Shown: positions 30,985-40,999, numbered from the stretch's first letter. The stretch: DNA of 64,000 nucleotides from an uncultured Planktomarina sp. (GCA_905182325.1 CAJJBD010000004.1:88474-152473); one strand, 5' to 3'. Notes: generated by a model from the letters alone, not told the origin. Translations and numbers: made by a program.

Positions 30985-31313
30985 GTTGCGTCTCCGTAAG
31001 TAGAGCCGCGCGCTTTCACTTGTGCCATTTTTCTTGCCAATTCAGCAGTAGAAAATGCACCAACTTCAATCATATTTTGTCCAACTGAAGCGATCCAGCG
31101 CTCATAATAGCTCATAGCCTCATAAGCCTCTTCGCCCATATCTTCGAGCACTCGACGTAAGCTGTCAGTATTCATTAAACCAGCTGTAGAGGCTAGTACC
31201 ATAAGAGCGTCAACGCGTTTTTCCCAAAGAGCAAAATCATGTTGATCGTAGCTAATTTTGCCGGCTGGGTCGCCACCCATGTCATGCCATCTTTTTCCAA
31301 AAAACTCTGTCAT
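30981..31313 (-). CDS. NHase beta N-terminal / ScnB-like subunit
   Basis: WHDMGG, WEKRVDA, LRR..EDMG...Y..MSYYERW; ATG at 31313. Confidence 0.87.
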   Translation of the reverse strand: MTEFFGKRWHDMGGDPAGKISYDQHDFALWEKRVDALMVLASTAGLMNTDSLRRVLEDMGEEAYEAMSYYERWIASVGQNMIEVGAFSTAELARKMAQVKARGSTYGDAT

Positions 31314-31442
31314 TCTGCAAAAATAGGCATGGACCCTGTAATTGTCCAGCACCGCTGAACCTGATTTACTTATTATCGTGATTAACTAATTTGATACGAT
31401 AAAACATTTTATTTATAACGTGTAAAAGATTCAGATTTGTTA

Positions 31443-32747
31443 TTAGCTTTCAAACACACGTTCAAAAATAGTTTCAACATGTTTGGTGTGATAGGCCAAA
31501 TCAAATTGGCTTTCGACCTCCGCCACTGACATAACTGACATAACTTCTGGATCATTCTTAAGCTCAGTTAAGAAATCAGCACCTTGTTCCCAGACTCGCA
31601 TTGCATTGCGCTGCACTAGGCTATAACTTTCTTCTCTTCCCAATCCTTTTTGAGTGAGTGCTAGCAAAACCCGTTGCGAATGTACAAGGCCCCTGAATTT
31701 ATTCATGTTCGAAATCATATTATCTGGATAAATTACTAAGTTATTAATTACGCCAGTCAGGCGGGACAAGGCAAAATCAAGAGTAATTGTTGCATCGGGA
31801 CCGATGGCACGCTCAACTGAGCTGTGTGAAATATCTCGTTCATGCCAGAGCGCCACGTTTTCCATAGCTGGCAAAACACACATTCGTACAAGGCGGGACA
31901 GGCCAGTGAGGTTTTCGGTCAATACTGGGTTGCGTTTGTGGGGCATTGCGGAGCTGCCCTTTTGGCCTTTAGAAAAAAATTCTTCTGCCTCTAAAACTTC
32001 TGTGCGTTGCATGTGACGTATCTCGATGGCGATATTCTCAATCGAGCTCGCTACAATCCCCAAAGTTGCAAAAAATGCGGCATGGCGATCGCGTGGGATT
32101 ACTTGGGTACTGATAGGCTCTGCTTTGAGGCCCAGTTGCGAACACACATGCTCTTCGACAAATGGATCAATATTTGCAAATGTGCCTACGGCGCCAGAAA
32201 TAGCACCAGTGGAGATCTCACTGCGTGCTGTACGCATACGTGCCAAGTTACGATCCATTTCAGCGTAAAACCTAGCAAAGGTTAAACCCATGGTAACGGG
32301 TTCTGCATGGATTGCATGGCTGCGGCCAATGCGAATTGTGTTTTTGTGTTCGATAGCACGACGCTTTAATGCTTTTAGTAGTGCTTCGATATCAGCAATT
32401 AGGATATTTGAGGCGCGGGTTAATTGTACGTTGAGAGTAGTGTCCAACACGTCTGAACTGGTCATGCCTTGATGGACAAAGCGAGCGTCATCACTACCAA
32501 TAATTTCTGACAAGTGTGTCAGAAAAGCAATCACATCATGTTTTGTTATGGCCTCAATTTCATTTATTCGTGCAACGTCAAATTCAACATCTTTAACCTT
32601 CCAAACTGCATCTGCATTAGCCTGTGGAATAACACCCAGCTTGGCTTGCGCATCGCAAGCGTGCGCCTCAATTTCATACCAAATACGAAATTTAGCAGAG
32701 GGTGACCAAATAGAGACCATTTCAGGGCGAGAATAACGTTCGATCAT
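31443..32747 (-). CDS. purB: adenylosuccinate lyase
   Basis: TKHDVIAF, GRSHAIHAEP, SSAMPHKRNP signature. Confidence 0.97.
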   Translation of the reverse strand: MIERYSRPEMVSIWSPSAKFRIWYEIEAHACDAQAKLGVIPQANADAVWKVKDVEFDVARINEIEAITKHDVIAFLTHLSEIIGSDDARFVHQGMTSSDVLDTTLNVQLTRASNILIADIEALLKALKRRAIEHKNTIRIGRSHAIHAEPVTMGLTFARFYAEMDRNLARMRTARSEISTGAISGAVGTFANIDPFVEEHVCSQLGLKAEPISTQVIPRDRHAAFFATLGIVASSIENIAIEIRHMQRTEVLEAEEFFSKGQKGSSAMPHKRNPVLTENLTGLSRLVRMCVLPAMENVALWHERDISHSSVERAIGPDATITLDFALSRLTGVINNLVIYPDNMISNMNKFRGLVHSQRVLLALTQKGLGREESYSLVQRNAMRVWEQGADFLTELKNDPEVMSVMSVAEVESQFDLAYHTKHVETIFERVFES

Positions 32748-32964
32748 TGTGGCTCACACCTTTTTAATTTTTAGCGAACATGAGGCTTTCTTATTTTCCA
32801 AGTGGCAAAACCCAGACTATAAAAAAACTGAGTAATCTAAATAGGAGGCTTTTAAAAGGTCACTACGGGCACAGTTTCACGTTCTTGAGTTTGTAAAGAA
32901 TTATGTTATTAAAAATTAGGACATTACACTTTTTGCCTAGCCAATTGGGAAGAGGTAAACACCA

Positions 32965-33408
32965 GTGACTACTGAAATTGAGGAAACCTTATTTAGTAGT
33001 AAAACTTTAATAGACTTTGAAGGCCGCATTTGGAACATCGAACGTGTTATAATCGACTATAAGCAATCTACAAAAACTATATACGGGGGACGCTGTGAAA
33101 TTTCTTCTGGTAAATATTTTGAAACAGGCCAATTAATATTGGCTGACGGACAAAAAATGCTTAGCACCAGGACGTATTACTGGAAATCCGTGGGGCAGGG
33201 AATAGACAGCTATTTTGATGATGGGAGCTTTTTTCACAGTATTAATTTGACCTGTTCGAGATCAATAGCCCACCATTTCTGTGCTGATGATGAATATGAA
33301 GTTCGATACGATTTCTCAAAATGGCCGCTGTGGGTGGCAAAATGGTGCGTTCGAGGGCCGAGAAAAGATTATGAGATGCACAGTTATTACTCTGAAATTT
33401 TAATTTGA
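32965..33408 (+). CDS. DUF6314-like hypothetical protein
   Basis: FDDGSFFH, HFCADDEY, W..W...W.V.GPRKDY.M.S.Y pattern. Confidence 0.7.
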   Translation: MTTEIEETLFSSKTLIDFEGRIWNIERVIIDYKQSTKTIYGGRCEISSGKYFETGQLILADGQKMLSTRTYYWKSVGQGIDSYFDDGSFFHSINLTCSRSIAHHFCADDEYEVRYDFSKWPLWVAKWCVRGPRKDYEMHSYYSEILI

Positions 33409-33473
33409 ATGCTTGCACAAATAACATCCAAGCGTCTAAACCTAACACGTAAAACTTATTCAGGAAGTTAAAT

Positions 33474-34076
33474 ATGACAACAGCAATCCATAAAAGTGTT
33501 CTTAGTGAAGTAATTCTGCCCCGTGATGGTCGTCAGGCTAAGCTCGTTAAGCAAATAGCGTTGGTTTTGGTTGGGGTTATGCTTCTTATATTATCCGCAA
33601 AAATAAAAATTCCAATGATCCCAGTGCCGATGACTATGGGGACATTCGCAGTCTTGAGTATTGGTGCTGTTTACGGCCCCCGTTTGGGGCTTATGACTAT
33701 TATTGGTTACATGATTGTTGGGGCCCTGGGTTTTGATGTTTTTGCTAGCTCATCTTCTGAGAAGTTTGGTGTTTCATATATGATGGGAAGTACCGGTGGC
33801 TATTTAGTGGGGTATGTACTTGCCATTTTGGTTTTAGGTTGGACTGCCCGCCAAGGATGGGACCGCTCAATACTTAAGATGGCTGCTGCGATGGTTCTTG
33901 GAAATGTAATTATCTATGTTCCCGGACTTCTTTGGCTCGCTACTCTATACGGTTGGGATCAACCAATTTTGACCTGGGGCCTCACTCCGTTTTTAGTGGG
34001 AGATCTTGTGAAATTAGGCTTGGCTGCGTTACTACTTCCTGGTGCTTGGCGTTTGGTTGATAAGGCTACCAAATAA
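33474..34076 (+). CDS. bioY: biotin transporter BioY (solitary S component)
   Basis: PVPMTM, G.TGGYLVGY, GLTPFLVGD..K. Confidence 0.9.
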   Translation: MTTAIHKSVLSEVILPRDGRQAKLVKQIALVLVGVMLLILSAKIKIPMIPVPMTMGTFAVLSIGAVYGPRLGLMTIIGYMIVGALGFDVFASSSSEKFGVSYMMGSTGGYLVGYVLAILVLGWTARQGWDRSILKMAAAMVLGNVIIYVPGLLWLATLYGWDQPILTWGLTPFLVGDLVKLGLAALLLPGAWRLVDKATK

Positions 34077-34100
34077 AGTTAATTTTTTTTACTAAGTCTG

Positions 34101-34130
34101 AAAGGTGCAGCTTTGGCTGCGCCTTTTTTT
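34101..34130. terminator. terminator between convergent bioY and dddP
   Basis: aaaggtgcagc-tttg-gctgcgccttttttt. Confidence 0.85.
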
Positions 34131-34144
34131 CATATATAAAAAAC

Positions 34145-35491
34145 TTAGGATTTAATTCCCATTAAGGCTTCATCAAATCCGTATTTGGTTAAGTTTTCAA
34201 AACCATCATCTGTTATTAATACCTGATCTTCCAATTTTATTGAGAAATCACCGCCTTCTGGAGAGACTAAGGCCTCAACACAGAGCACCATTCCCGCCTC
34301 AAGCTCATACTCAAACGCGCCATCAACAAGTTGATCTGGATAGGCAATTATTGGCCATTCATCGCATAGACCAACACCGTGCATCATGCAGCCGTACTTT
34401 TGTTTTTGATAATTTGCATGCAACTGGTGGCAGCTCTCTGATAAATTACGCATAGCAACACCAGGTGCCAGCAATTGCATATTTTGTTTTATGTGCTCCT
34501 GCGCATGTTGCATGGCTGCGATCATATCGGGGCGGGGCGCTTTGTCTCCAACCCACCAGCTTCGTGATATGTCAACGCAGATACCATAACTACCTACTAA
34601 ATCAGTATCAAAACTGACAATCTCGTTATTTTGAACCAATCTTGGTCCACATTCTTGAAACCAAGGATTTGTTCTTGGTCCTGATGCGAGAAGTCGTGTT
34701 TCTATCCATTCTCCTCCTCTTTTTATATTTTCTGCATGTAAGACTGCCCAAATATCATTTTCACTCATATTTCCAGATGGGACCCCATCACGTGTAGCAG
34801 TCTCCATTTTACCGACAGCAGTTTCACATGCGTGGCTGGCACAACGCATCGCTTTGATCTCATCTGGCCCTTTTATTACCCGTGCTTTTTCTGTTAACTC
34901 TTCACCTTCCAGCACTTCAAAGCCTTGCTCTTCCAGTGCACGCAGTCCGACCATCATAACTTTATCTACTGCGAGGCGTGGATTTCCACTGCTATGTTTG
35001 GCAACAAGATCCTTAACCTCTTGACTGAATTTTTTTGCGGCAATATGGGCCATATCTCCTCTGTCAAAGTAGAAAAAATCGGCGCCAGAACGTTGTTCGC
35101 GAACTAAAGGGTTGAATTCAGACAAGAATGGTGAGTTTTTATAGTCCCACATCACCATATATCCGTCAGCGCATACAATCAACGCGCGGAAAGGATTGTG
35201 AGTGTTCCAGAGTTGCATGTTCGTACTGTCGCTGGCGTAGCGAATATTAAGTGGATCGAAGACTAACAAAGCGCCATAGTTACGAGTGTTCACTCCATCG
35301 ACTAATCTCTTGTGACGAAATTTACGCATCGCTTGAAGATCTGGAAGTTTTAGTCCTGCTTGGGCCCACTCATCAAATGCAAGTTTAGTTGGCCCTATTT
35401 CTACGCGATCCATATCATTGGGAGTATTATCACCAGTAAAAAAACCTTTAGACGGGTCTATTTTACGAGTTTGGCTGAAGTTTACATTCAT
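34145..35491 (-). CDS. dddP: dimethylsulfoniopropionate lyase DddP (M24B fold)
   Basis: N-terminus RKIDP...TPNDMDRVEIGPT.LAF.EW, STNMQLWNTHNPFR, DTDLVG.YG.C.DISR, HGVGLCDEWP, IKLEDQ. Confidence 0.93.
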   Translation of the reverse strand: MNVNFSQTRKIDPSKGFFTGDNTPNDMDRVEIGPTKLAFDEWAQAGLKLPDLQAMRKFRHKRLVDGVNTRNYGALLVFDPLNIRYASDSTNMQLWNTHNPFRALIVCADGYMVMWDYKNSPFLSEFNPLVREQRSGADFFYFDRGDMAHIAAKKFSQEVKDLVAKHSSGNPRLAVDKVMMVGLRALEEQGFEVLEGEELTEKARVIKGPDEIKAMRCASHACETAVGKMETATRDGVPSGNMSENDIWAVLHAENIKRGGEWIETRLLASGPRTNPWFQECGPRLVQNNEIVSFDTDLVGSYGICVDISRSWWVGDKAPRPDMIAAMQHAQEHIKQNMQLLAPGVAMRNLSESCHQLHANYQKQKYGCMMHGVGLCDEWPIIAYPDQLVDGAFEYELEAGMVLCVEALVSPEGGDFSIKLEDQVLITDDGFENLTKYGFDEALMGIKS

Positions 35492-35590
35492 AGGGCACCT
35501 CCTAGCTATTAGAAGAGTTGCGTTTGAATGGGTGTTATGTCAGGTTCATTTGCGACATATTTTTATATTTATTATTTAGGGCGTGGCTTT

Positions 35591-36319
35591 ATGGTCGAAA
35601 TTTTACAGGACCGCGTTCCATATGATTTTTCGGCTAAAAAGCCTTTGCCTGGGTTATCGCCACTAGCACCAGATGGCTGGATAATAGAAGATGAAGCCTT
35701 CGCAGCTCAAATGGCCGAGCGTGATCGATTAATTTTTGAGATTCCGGAAAAGGTATTTTGTGATGCTGGGGCTTCGCTTGACGCAAAAATTGAAGTTTTG
35801 GACCAAATTTTGCACTTGTTACGAGGCCGTTCTAATTACAAAATTAGCCACACCCATGTTATTCGTCCTGATGGGATAACAGTAAAACTTGATGGTGATC
35901 CTCTACTAACGGCGGCCCGTTTGGTTCAGGAGGATCTATGCCTCCACGAAAAGAGTGGTGACGAACATATCTTAACAGCGGGGGTGTTGTGTTTTCCGGC
36001 TAGTTGGACCCTATCTGAAAAAGTGGGCCGCCCGCTAAGTGCGGTGCATGGCCCAGTTGTTGAGTACGATGAAAATATTGCAAAACGAGTTCAGCGGCTG
36101 TTTGATGGTATACAAAGTGGTCGCCCAGTGTGGCGTTTTAATCTATTACAATATGTCAGTTCGGAGCTTTATCAACCAAGGTATGAGGCGGATGCGCGCA
36201 GAATAGATCAAGACTATGGTAGTGGTGAGTATACGCGAACTGAGCATCAATCTCTTGTACGCATGCCAAAAACTGGTGCGGTGCTATTTTCAATTCATAC
36301 CTATGTTATAAAAACATGA
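35591..36319 (+). CDS. DUF3445 / heme-dependent oxidative N-demethylase alpha-like protein
   Basis: VQEDLC, LCFPASW...EK.G, HGPV, WRFN, R.EHQSL.R.PKTGAVLFSIHTY; ATG 35591 preferred. Confidence 0.85.
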   Translation: MVEILQDRVPYDFSAKKPLPGLSPLAPDGWIIEDEAFAAQMAERDRLIFEIPEKVFCDAGASLDAKIEVLDQILHLLRGRSNYKISHTHVIRPDGITVKLDGDPLLTAARLVQEDLCLHEKSGDEHILTAGVLCFPASWTLSEKVGRPLSAVHGPVVEYDENIAKRVQRLFDGIQSGRPVWRFNLLQYVSSELYQPRYEADARRIDQDYGSGEYTRTEHQSLVRMPKTGAVLFSIHTYVIKT

Positions 36320-36392
36320 ACCTCGTAATTCGAGACGAAGTCAAATATAACCAAAGCTTTCTCATTAAACTAAAAATTTACATTTCCAACTG

Positions 36393-36420
36393 AAAAGGCG
36401 CCCAATCGTGGGCGCCTTTT
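36393..36420. terminator. bidirectional terminator after glnA / DUF3445
   Basis: aaaaggcgccca-atcg-tgggcgcctttt. Confidence 0.9.
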
Positions 36421-36436
36421 GAAAATCTGCTGTAGG

Positions 36437-37843
36437 TTAACAACTGTAATACATGCCAAACTCTACTGGGTGTGGAGTGTGCTCGTAGTGCAAGACTTCT
36501 TCCATCTTCAAGTCAATATACCCGGCTATTTGATCTTCCGTAAACACGCCACCTTCTGTCAAAAATCCCATATCAGCTTTAAGTTCATCTAATGCTTCAC
36601 GAAGGGAACCACATACTGTTGGTATGTCAGCTAATTCCTCTGGTGGTAGGTCGTATAGATCCTTGTCAGAGGCTTCTCCAGGATGAATTTTATTTTTGAT
36701 GCCATCAAGACCTGCCATCAACAATGCCGCAAAGCATAGATAGGGGTTTGCCGCCGGGTCAGGAAACCGTGCCTCAACTCGCTTAGCTTTTGGAGATTCG
36801 GCCCACGGAATTCTAACGCATCCTGACCGGTTCCGTGCTGAATAAGCCCTTAAAACTGGCGCTTCAAAGCCAGGGATTAGTCGCTTGTAACTGTTTGTCG
36901 CCGGATTAGTGAATGCATTTAGTGCTTTTGCGTGTTTCAAAATGCCTCCAATAAAATACAAAGCTTGGTCTGAAAGGTCTGCATATTTATCTCCAGCAAA
37001 AATTGGCTTTCCACCTTTCCATATCGACATATTAACGTGCATACCTGTTCCGTTATCACCCGCAATTGGCTTCGGCATAAAGGTTGCTGTTTTTCCATAT
37101 GCGTGAGCCACGTTGTGAATTACGTATTTATATTTCTGTAGTTCGTCGGCTTGATGTGTGAGCGGTCCAAAAATTAGACCCAGCTCATGCTGGCAACTAG
37201 CCACCTCATGGTGATGCTTGTCGACTTTCATGCCCATACGTTTCATTGTAGAGAGCATTTCGCTACGTATATCTTGCGCATCATCAATTGGGTTTACTGG
37301 GAAATAACCGCCTTTCACTCCTGGTCTGTGACCCATATTTCCAATCTCATATTCGCTGTCAGAGTTCCAAGATGCATCTACTGCATCAACCTCGTAAGAC
37401 ACTTTATTAATTTTACTTTCAAATCTAACGTTATCAAAAAGAAAAAACTCAGCCTCTGGGCCCATGTAAGCAACATCGCCAATTCCGGATGATTTTAAAT
37501 AAGCCTCGGCCCTCAGAGCACAGCCCCGAGGGTCCCTAGCATAGCTTTCGCCAGTATCTGGTTCAACGACTGTGCAATGAACACATAATGTTTTCTCAGC
37601 ATAAAAGGGATCAACGTAAGCAGTGTCAGTATCTGGCATCAACTTCATGTCAGACTCTTCAATTGATTTCCAACCCGCGATGGACGAACCATCAAACATG
37701 AAGCCCTCATCTAGAAAATCCTCATCTACTTGATCGGCGCAAACCGTTACGTGCTGTAATTTACCTCTCGGATCGGTAAAGCGAATATCAATGTACTCAA
37801 TGTTTTCGTCTGTAATCATCGATAAAAATGAAGTGTTATTCAT
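36437..37843 (-). CDS. glnA: glutamine synthetase type I
   Basis: [29 protein letters not shown], adenylylation site DLYDLP; ATG 37843. Confidence 0.97.
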   Translation of the reverse strand: MNNTSFLSMITDENIEYIDIRFTDPRGKLQHVTVCADQVDEDFLDEGFMFDGSSIAGWKSIEESDMKLMPDTDTAYVDPFYAEKTLCVHCTVVEPDTGESYARDPRGCALRAEAYLKSSGIGDVAYMGPEAEFFLFDNVRFESKINKVSYEVDAVDASWNSDSEYEIGNMGHRPGVKGGYFPVNPIDDAQDIRSEMLSTMKRMGMKVDKHHHEVASCQHELGLIFGPLTHQADELQKYKYVIHNVAHAYGKTATFMPKPIAGDNGTGMHVNMSIWKGGKPIFAGDKYADLSDQALYFIGGILKHAKALNAFTNPATNSYKRLIPGFEAPVLRAYSARNRSGCVRIPWAESPKAKRVEARFPDPAANPYLCFAALLMAGLDGIKNKIHPGEASDKDLYDLPPEELADIPTVCGSLREALDELKADMGFLTEGGVFTEDQIAGYIDLKMEEVLHYEHTPHPVEFGMYYSC

Positions 37844-37867
37844 GGGTTTTTCCTTTATAACCATATT

Positions 37868-38302
<435 letters not shown>

Positions 38303-38314
38303 TCAAAGTAATTA

Positions 38315-38351
38315 TGATTAAAAAGTAAGCAAGATGCTACATTTTTGCACA
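38315..38351. promoter_or_regulatory. putative tandem NtrC binding sites upstream of glnB-glnA
   Basis: Two 17-mers, TGATTAAAAAGTAAGCA and TGCTACATTTTTGCACA, resemble TGC-N11-GCA with A/T cores and start 20 bp apart. Confidence 0.45.
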
Positions 38352-38543
38352 AAAAACCCCGTTCTTAGTCATGGAAGGGAATTAATGATATTTGGCTTTA
38401 ACAAAGTTTTTAGTGAAATTTCTGCAAACTAACCGAGTAAATGAAATTAGCACCCAAACACTCATTTTTGCTCTCGCATCCTTGCAATCTCTTTGCTAGA
38501 GACCATCACAGAGTAATGGTCCTTTGCGACTGATAGTTTTTTT

Positions 38544-38628
38544 GCGGGTATGGCGAAATTGGTAGACGCACCAGATTTAGGTTCTGGCGCCGCAAGGCGT
38601 GGGGGTTCAAGTCCCTCTACCCGCACCA
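38544..38628 (+). tRNA. tRNA-Leu (UAG)
   Basis: GCGGGTA acceptor stem, anticodon arm CCAGA-TTTAGGT-TCTGG, long variable arm, GGTTCAAGTCC T loop, encoded CCA. Confidence 0.96.
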
Positions 38629-38649
38629 ATATTTGAAAAGAGAATAAAA

Positions 38650-40044
38650 ATGCAGGTTACAGAGACCCTGAATGAAGGCTTAAAACGCGGTTACAATATT
38701 GTCGTCACTGCGGCTGAATTATCTGCGAAGGTTGATGAAAAGTTAATACAATCTCAACCTACAATTGAGCTAAAAGGTTTTCGTAAAGGCAAAGTACCTC
38801 TAGCCCTGCTTAAAAAGCAGTATGGGCAACGTATGATAGGCGAGGCGATGCAGGAAAGCATCGACGGCGCAATGTCCAAACACTTTGAAAATAATGGTGA
38901 ACGTCCAGCGATGGAACCAGCAGTTAAAATGACTAATGAGGACTGGAAAGAAGGAGACGACGTAAACGTTGAAATGTCGTATGAAGCCCTTCCGACCATC
39001 CCAGAAGTTGATTTCAAGTCAATAAAATTGAAGAAAATGACGGTAAAAGCTGACAAAAACTCTGTTGATGAAGCTTTAGCTAATTTAGCAGAAACAGCTC
39101 AAGATTTTGACGATCGTAAAAAGGGGTCCAAGGCCAAATCTGGTGATCAAATTACAATAGACTTTTTAGGAAAAGTGGATGGTGAGCCATTCGAAGGCGG
39201 TGCAGCAGAGGATTATCCTTTAGTCTTAGGCTCAAATTCTTTCATTCCAGGTTTTGAGGAACAGCTGCTTGATTCAAAAGTTGATCAAGAGATTCAAGTT
39301 AATGTTACGTTCCCTTCTGATTATGGTTCGGAAAATTTGGCAGGTAAAGCGGCCCTATTTGAATGTAAAATTAAGGCAATCAAATCGCCAAAAGCTATGA
39401 CTATCTCGGATGAGCTTGCTAAGAAGTTCGGTGCAGAAGACTTGAAGGGTTTGAGAACTCAAATCACTGAAAGGTTGGAGACTGAATATACCGGGGCTTC
39501 TCGCGCAGTGCTGAAACGAGATTTGCTTGACTCGCTTGATAAGTTGGTGAGTTTTGAGTTGCCGCCCTCGTTAGTTGAAGCCGAAGCTGGACAAATTGCA
39601 CATCAACTGTGGCACGATGAAAACCCTGAGGTAGAGGGCCATGATCACCCTGATGTTACTCCAACCGAAGAACATAATAACTTAGCTTTACGGCGAGTTC
39701 GTCTTGGTCTGCTTTTAGCAGAATTGGGTCAAAAAGCGGAAATTCAGGTTACTGACTCAGAAATGACCCAAGCAATTATGACCCAAGCGCGTCAGTATCC
39801 GGGCAAAGAGAGAGAATTTTTTGAATTTGTACAGAAAAATCAGCAAATGCAACAGCAAATGCGGGCTCCACTATTTGAAGATAAGGTGGTTGATTACATT
39901 TTGGAGCTAGCGGTAGTGACGGAAGAAGTTACGTCAAAGCAGGATCTTGAAAACTCTGTTGAGGCTCTTGACAAGGAAGTTGTGAGCTTGCCTAAATCTA
40001 AATCTAAATCTAAATCTAAATCTAAACCCAAACCAAAATCTTAA
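38650..40044 (+). CDS. tig: trigger factor
   Basis: GFRKGKVP ribosome-binding motif, FKBP domain (FIPGFEEQL); ATG 38650 (the ORF-track start lies inside the tRNA). Confidence 0.96.
   Translation: MQVTETLNEGLKRGYNIVVTAAELSAKVDEKLIQSQPTIELKGFRKGKVPLALLKKQYGQRMIGEAMQESIDGAMSKHFENNGERPAMEPAVKMTNEDWKEGDDVNVEMSYEALPTIPEVDFKSIKLKKMTVKADKNSVDEALANLAETAQDFDDRKKGSKAKSGDQITIDFLGKVDGEPFEGGAAEDYPLVLGSNSFIPGFEEQLLDSKVDQEIQVNVTFPSDYGSENLAGKAALFECKIKAIKSPKAMTISDELAKKFGAEDLKGLRTQITERLETEYTGASRAVLKRDLLDSLDKLVSFELPPSLVEAEAGQIAHQLWHDENPEVEGHDHPDVTPTEEHNNLALRRVRLGLLLAELGQKAEIQVTDSEMTQAIMTQARQYPGKEREFFEFVQKNQQMQQQMRAPLFEDKVVDYILELAVVTEEVTSKQDLENSVEALDKEVVSLPKSKSKSKSKSKPKPKS
39991..40041 (+). repeat. hexamer tandem repeat (TCTAAA)5 with variant flanking units, encoding the Tig C-terminal tail
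   Basis: cctaaa (tctaaa)x5 cccaaa ccaaaa tct = [17 protein letters not shown]. Confidence 0.95.
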
Positions 40045-40059
40045 ATTTGGGCCTGTATT

Positions 40060-40096
40060 AAAAAAGGTGCCGTCTTCTTAAAGATGGCACCTTTTT
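40060..40096. terminator. bidirectional terminator between tig and rplI
   Basis: aaaaaggtgccgtctt-ctta-aagatggcaccttttt. Confidence 0.9.
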
Positions 40097-40108
40097 CTAT
40101 AATAGATT

Positions 40109-40747
40109 TTACTCAGTAGTTTCTTCAGCAACTTTTTCTTCAGCAGTAGCAGAAGTATCGTCTTGGTTATCATCGCCAAAGTCGTCTAATCCAGCAGCGC
40201 CAATATCATCGAACAACTCTTGAATTTCAAACTCCGCAACTGCCTCTTCTTCAGCGGCTACGTCTTGAATAGATTTACCAGCGGCTTGCAACTCTGCCTC
40301 TTCTGCCGAGCGAGCAACGTTTAACTCAATCTTTGCTTCAACTTCAGGATGTAAGCGCACGGAAAGAGTATGAATTCCCAAATCCTTAATAGGGGCCCCC
40401 AATATAACCTGTTTTTTGTCAACTGTGAAACCAGCATTTCCAGCTGCTTCAGCTCCGTCGCGTGTAGTCACAGAACCGTAAAGAGAGCCAGCATCTGATG
40501 CTGAACGGATTACTACGAATTGTTGACCATCCAATTTTTTTGCCAATGTTTCTGCTTCGGCTTTACTTTCTAAATTACGTATTTCTAGTTTTACTTTTTG
40601 TGTTTCAAACCCGGCGATGTTGGCTTCTGACGCTCTTAAAGCTTTGCCCGTTGGGATTAAAAAGTTGCGAGCATATCCCTGTTTTACATTCACTACATCG
40701 CCCATTTGGCCTAATTTAGCCACTCGTTCCATAAGAATAATTTGCAT
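40109..40747 (-). CDS. rplI: 50S ribosomal protein L9
   Basis: [32 protein letters not shown]. Confidence 0.97.
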   Translation of the reverse strand: MQIILMERVAKLGQMGDVVNVKQGYARNFLIPTGKALRASEANIAGFETQKVKLEIRNLESKAEAETLAKKLDGQQFVVIRSASDAGSLYGSVTTRDGAEAAGNAGFTVDKKQVILGAPIKDLGIHTLSVRLHPEVEAKIELNVARSAEEAELQAAGKSIQDVAAEEEAVAEFEIQELFDDIGAAGLDDFGDDNQDDTSATAEEKVAEETTE

Positions 40748-40758
40748 TTCAATCTCCC

Positions 40759-40986
40759 CTATTTCACGGCGTATGGCAGCAGAGCTAAAAAGCGCGCGCG
40801 TTTTATGGCGCGGGCCAACTCGCGCTGTTTCTTTGCTGATACGGCGGTGATACGGGACGGCACAATCTTTCCTCGTTCGGAGATGTAGCGCTGAAGCAAG
40901 CGTGTGTCTTTGTAATCAATCTTTTGTGCGTTATCGCCCGAAAAAGGACAGACCTTCCTGCGGCGAAAAAATGGTTTTGTTCCCAT
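40759..40986 (-). CDS. rpsR: 30S ribosomal protein S18
   Basis: [35 protein letters not shown]. Confidence 0.98.
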   Translation of the reverse strand: MGTKPFFRRRKVCPFSGDNAQKIDYKDTRLLQRYISERGKIVPSRITAVSAKKQRELARAIKRARFLALLPYAVK

Positions 40987-40999
40987 AACCTAGCGCTCC

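Noticed and set aside
30727-31313. Split beta subunit as a frameshifted pseudogene
   Set aside because: Each half has a clean ATG with a stop/start overlap, the inter-domain linker is absent, and the split matches known three-subunit family members.
31373-31402. Inverted repeat TTATCGT...ACGATAA between purB and the scn-like operon
   Set aside because: AT-rich and bulged; I cannot tell a weak purB terminator from an operator or chance, so it is not called.
38599-38649. ORF-track N-terminal extension of tig
   Set aside because: It overlaps the tRNA; the real start is ATG 38650.
38544-38650. tRNA-Leu as a possible integration site
   Set aside because: No integrase, and I saw no duplicated tRNA 3' end; tig follows 21 bp later.
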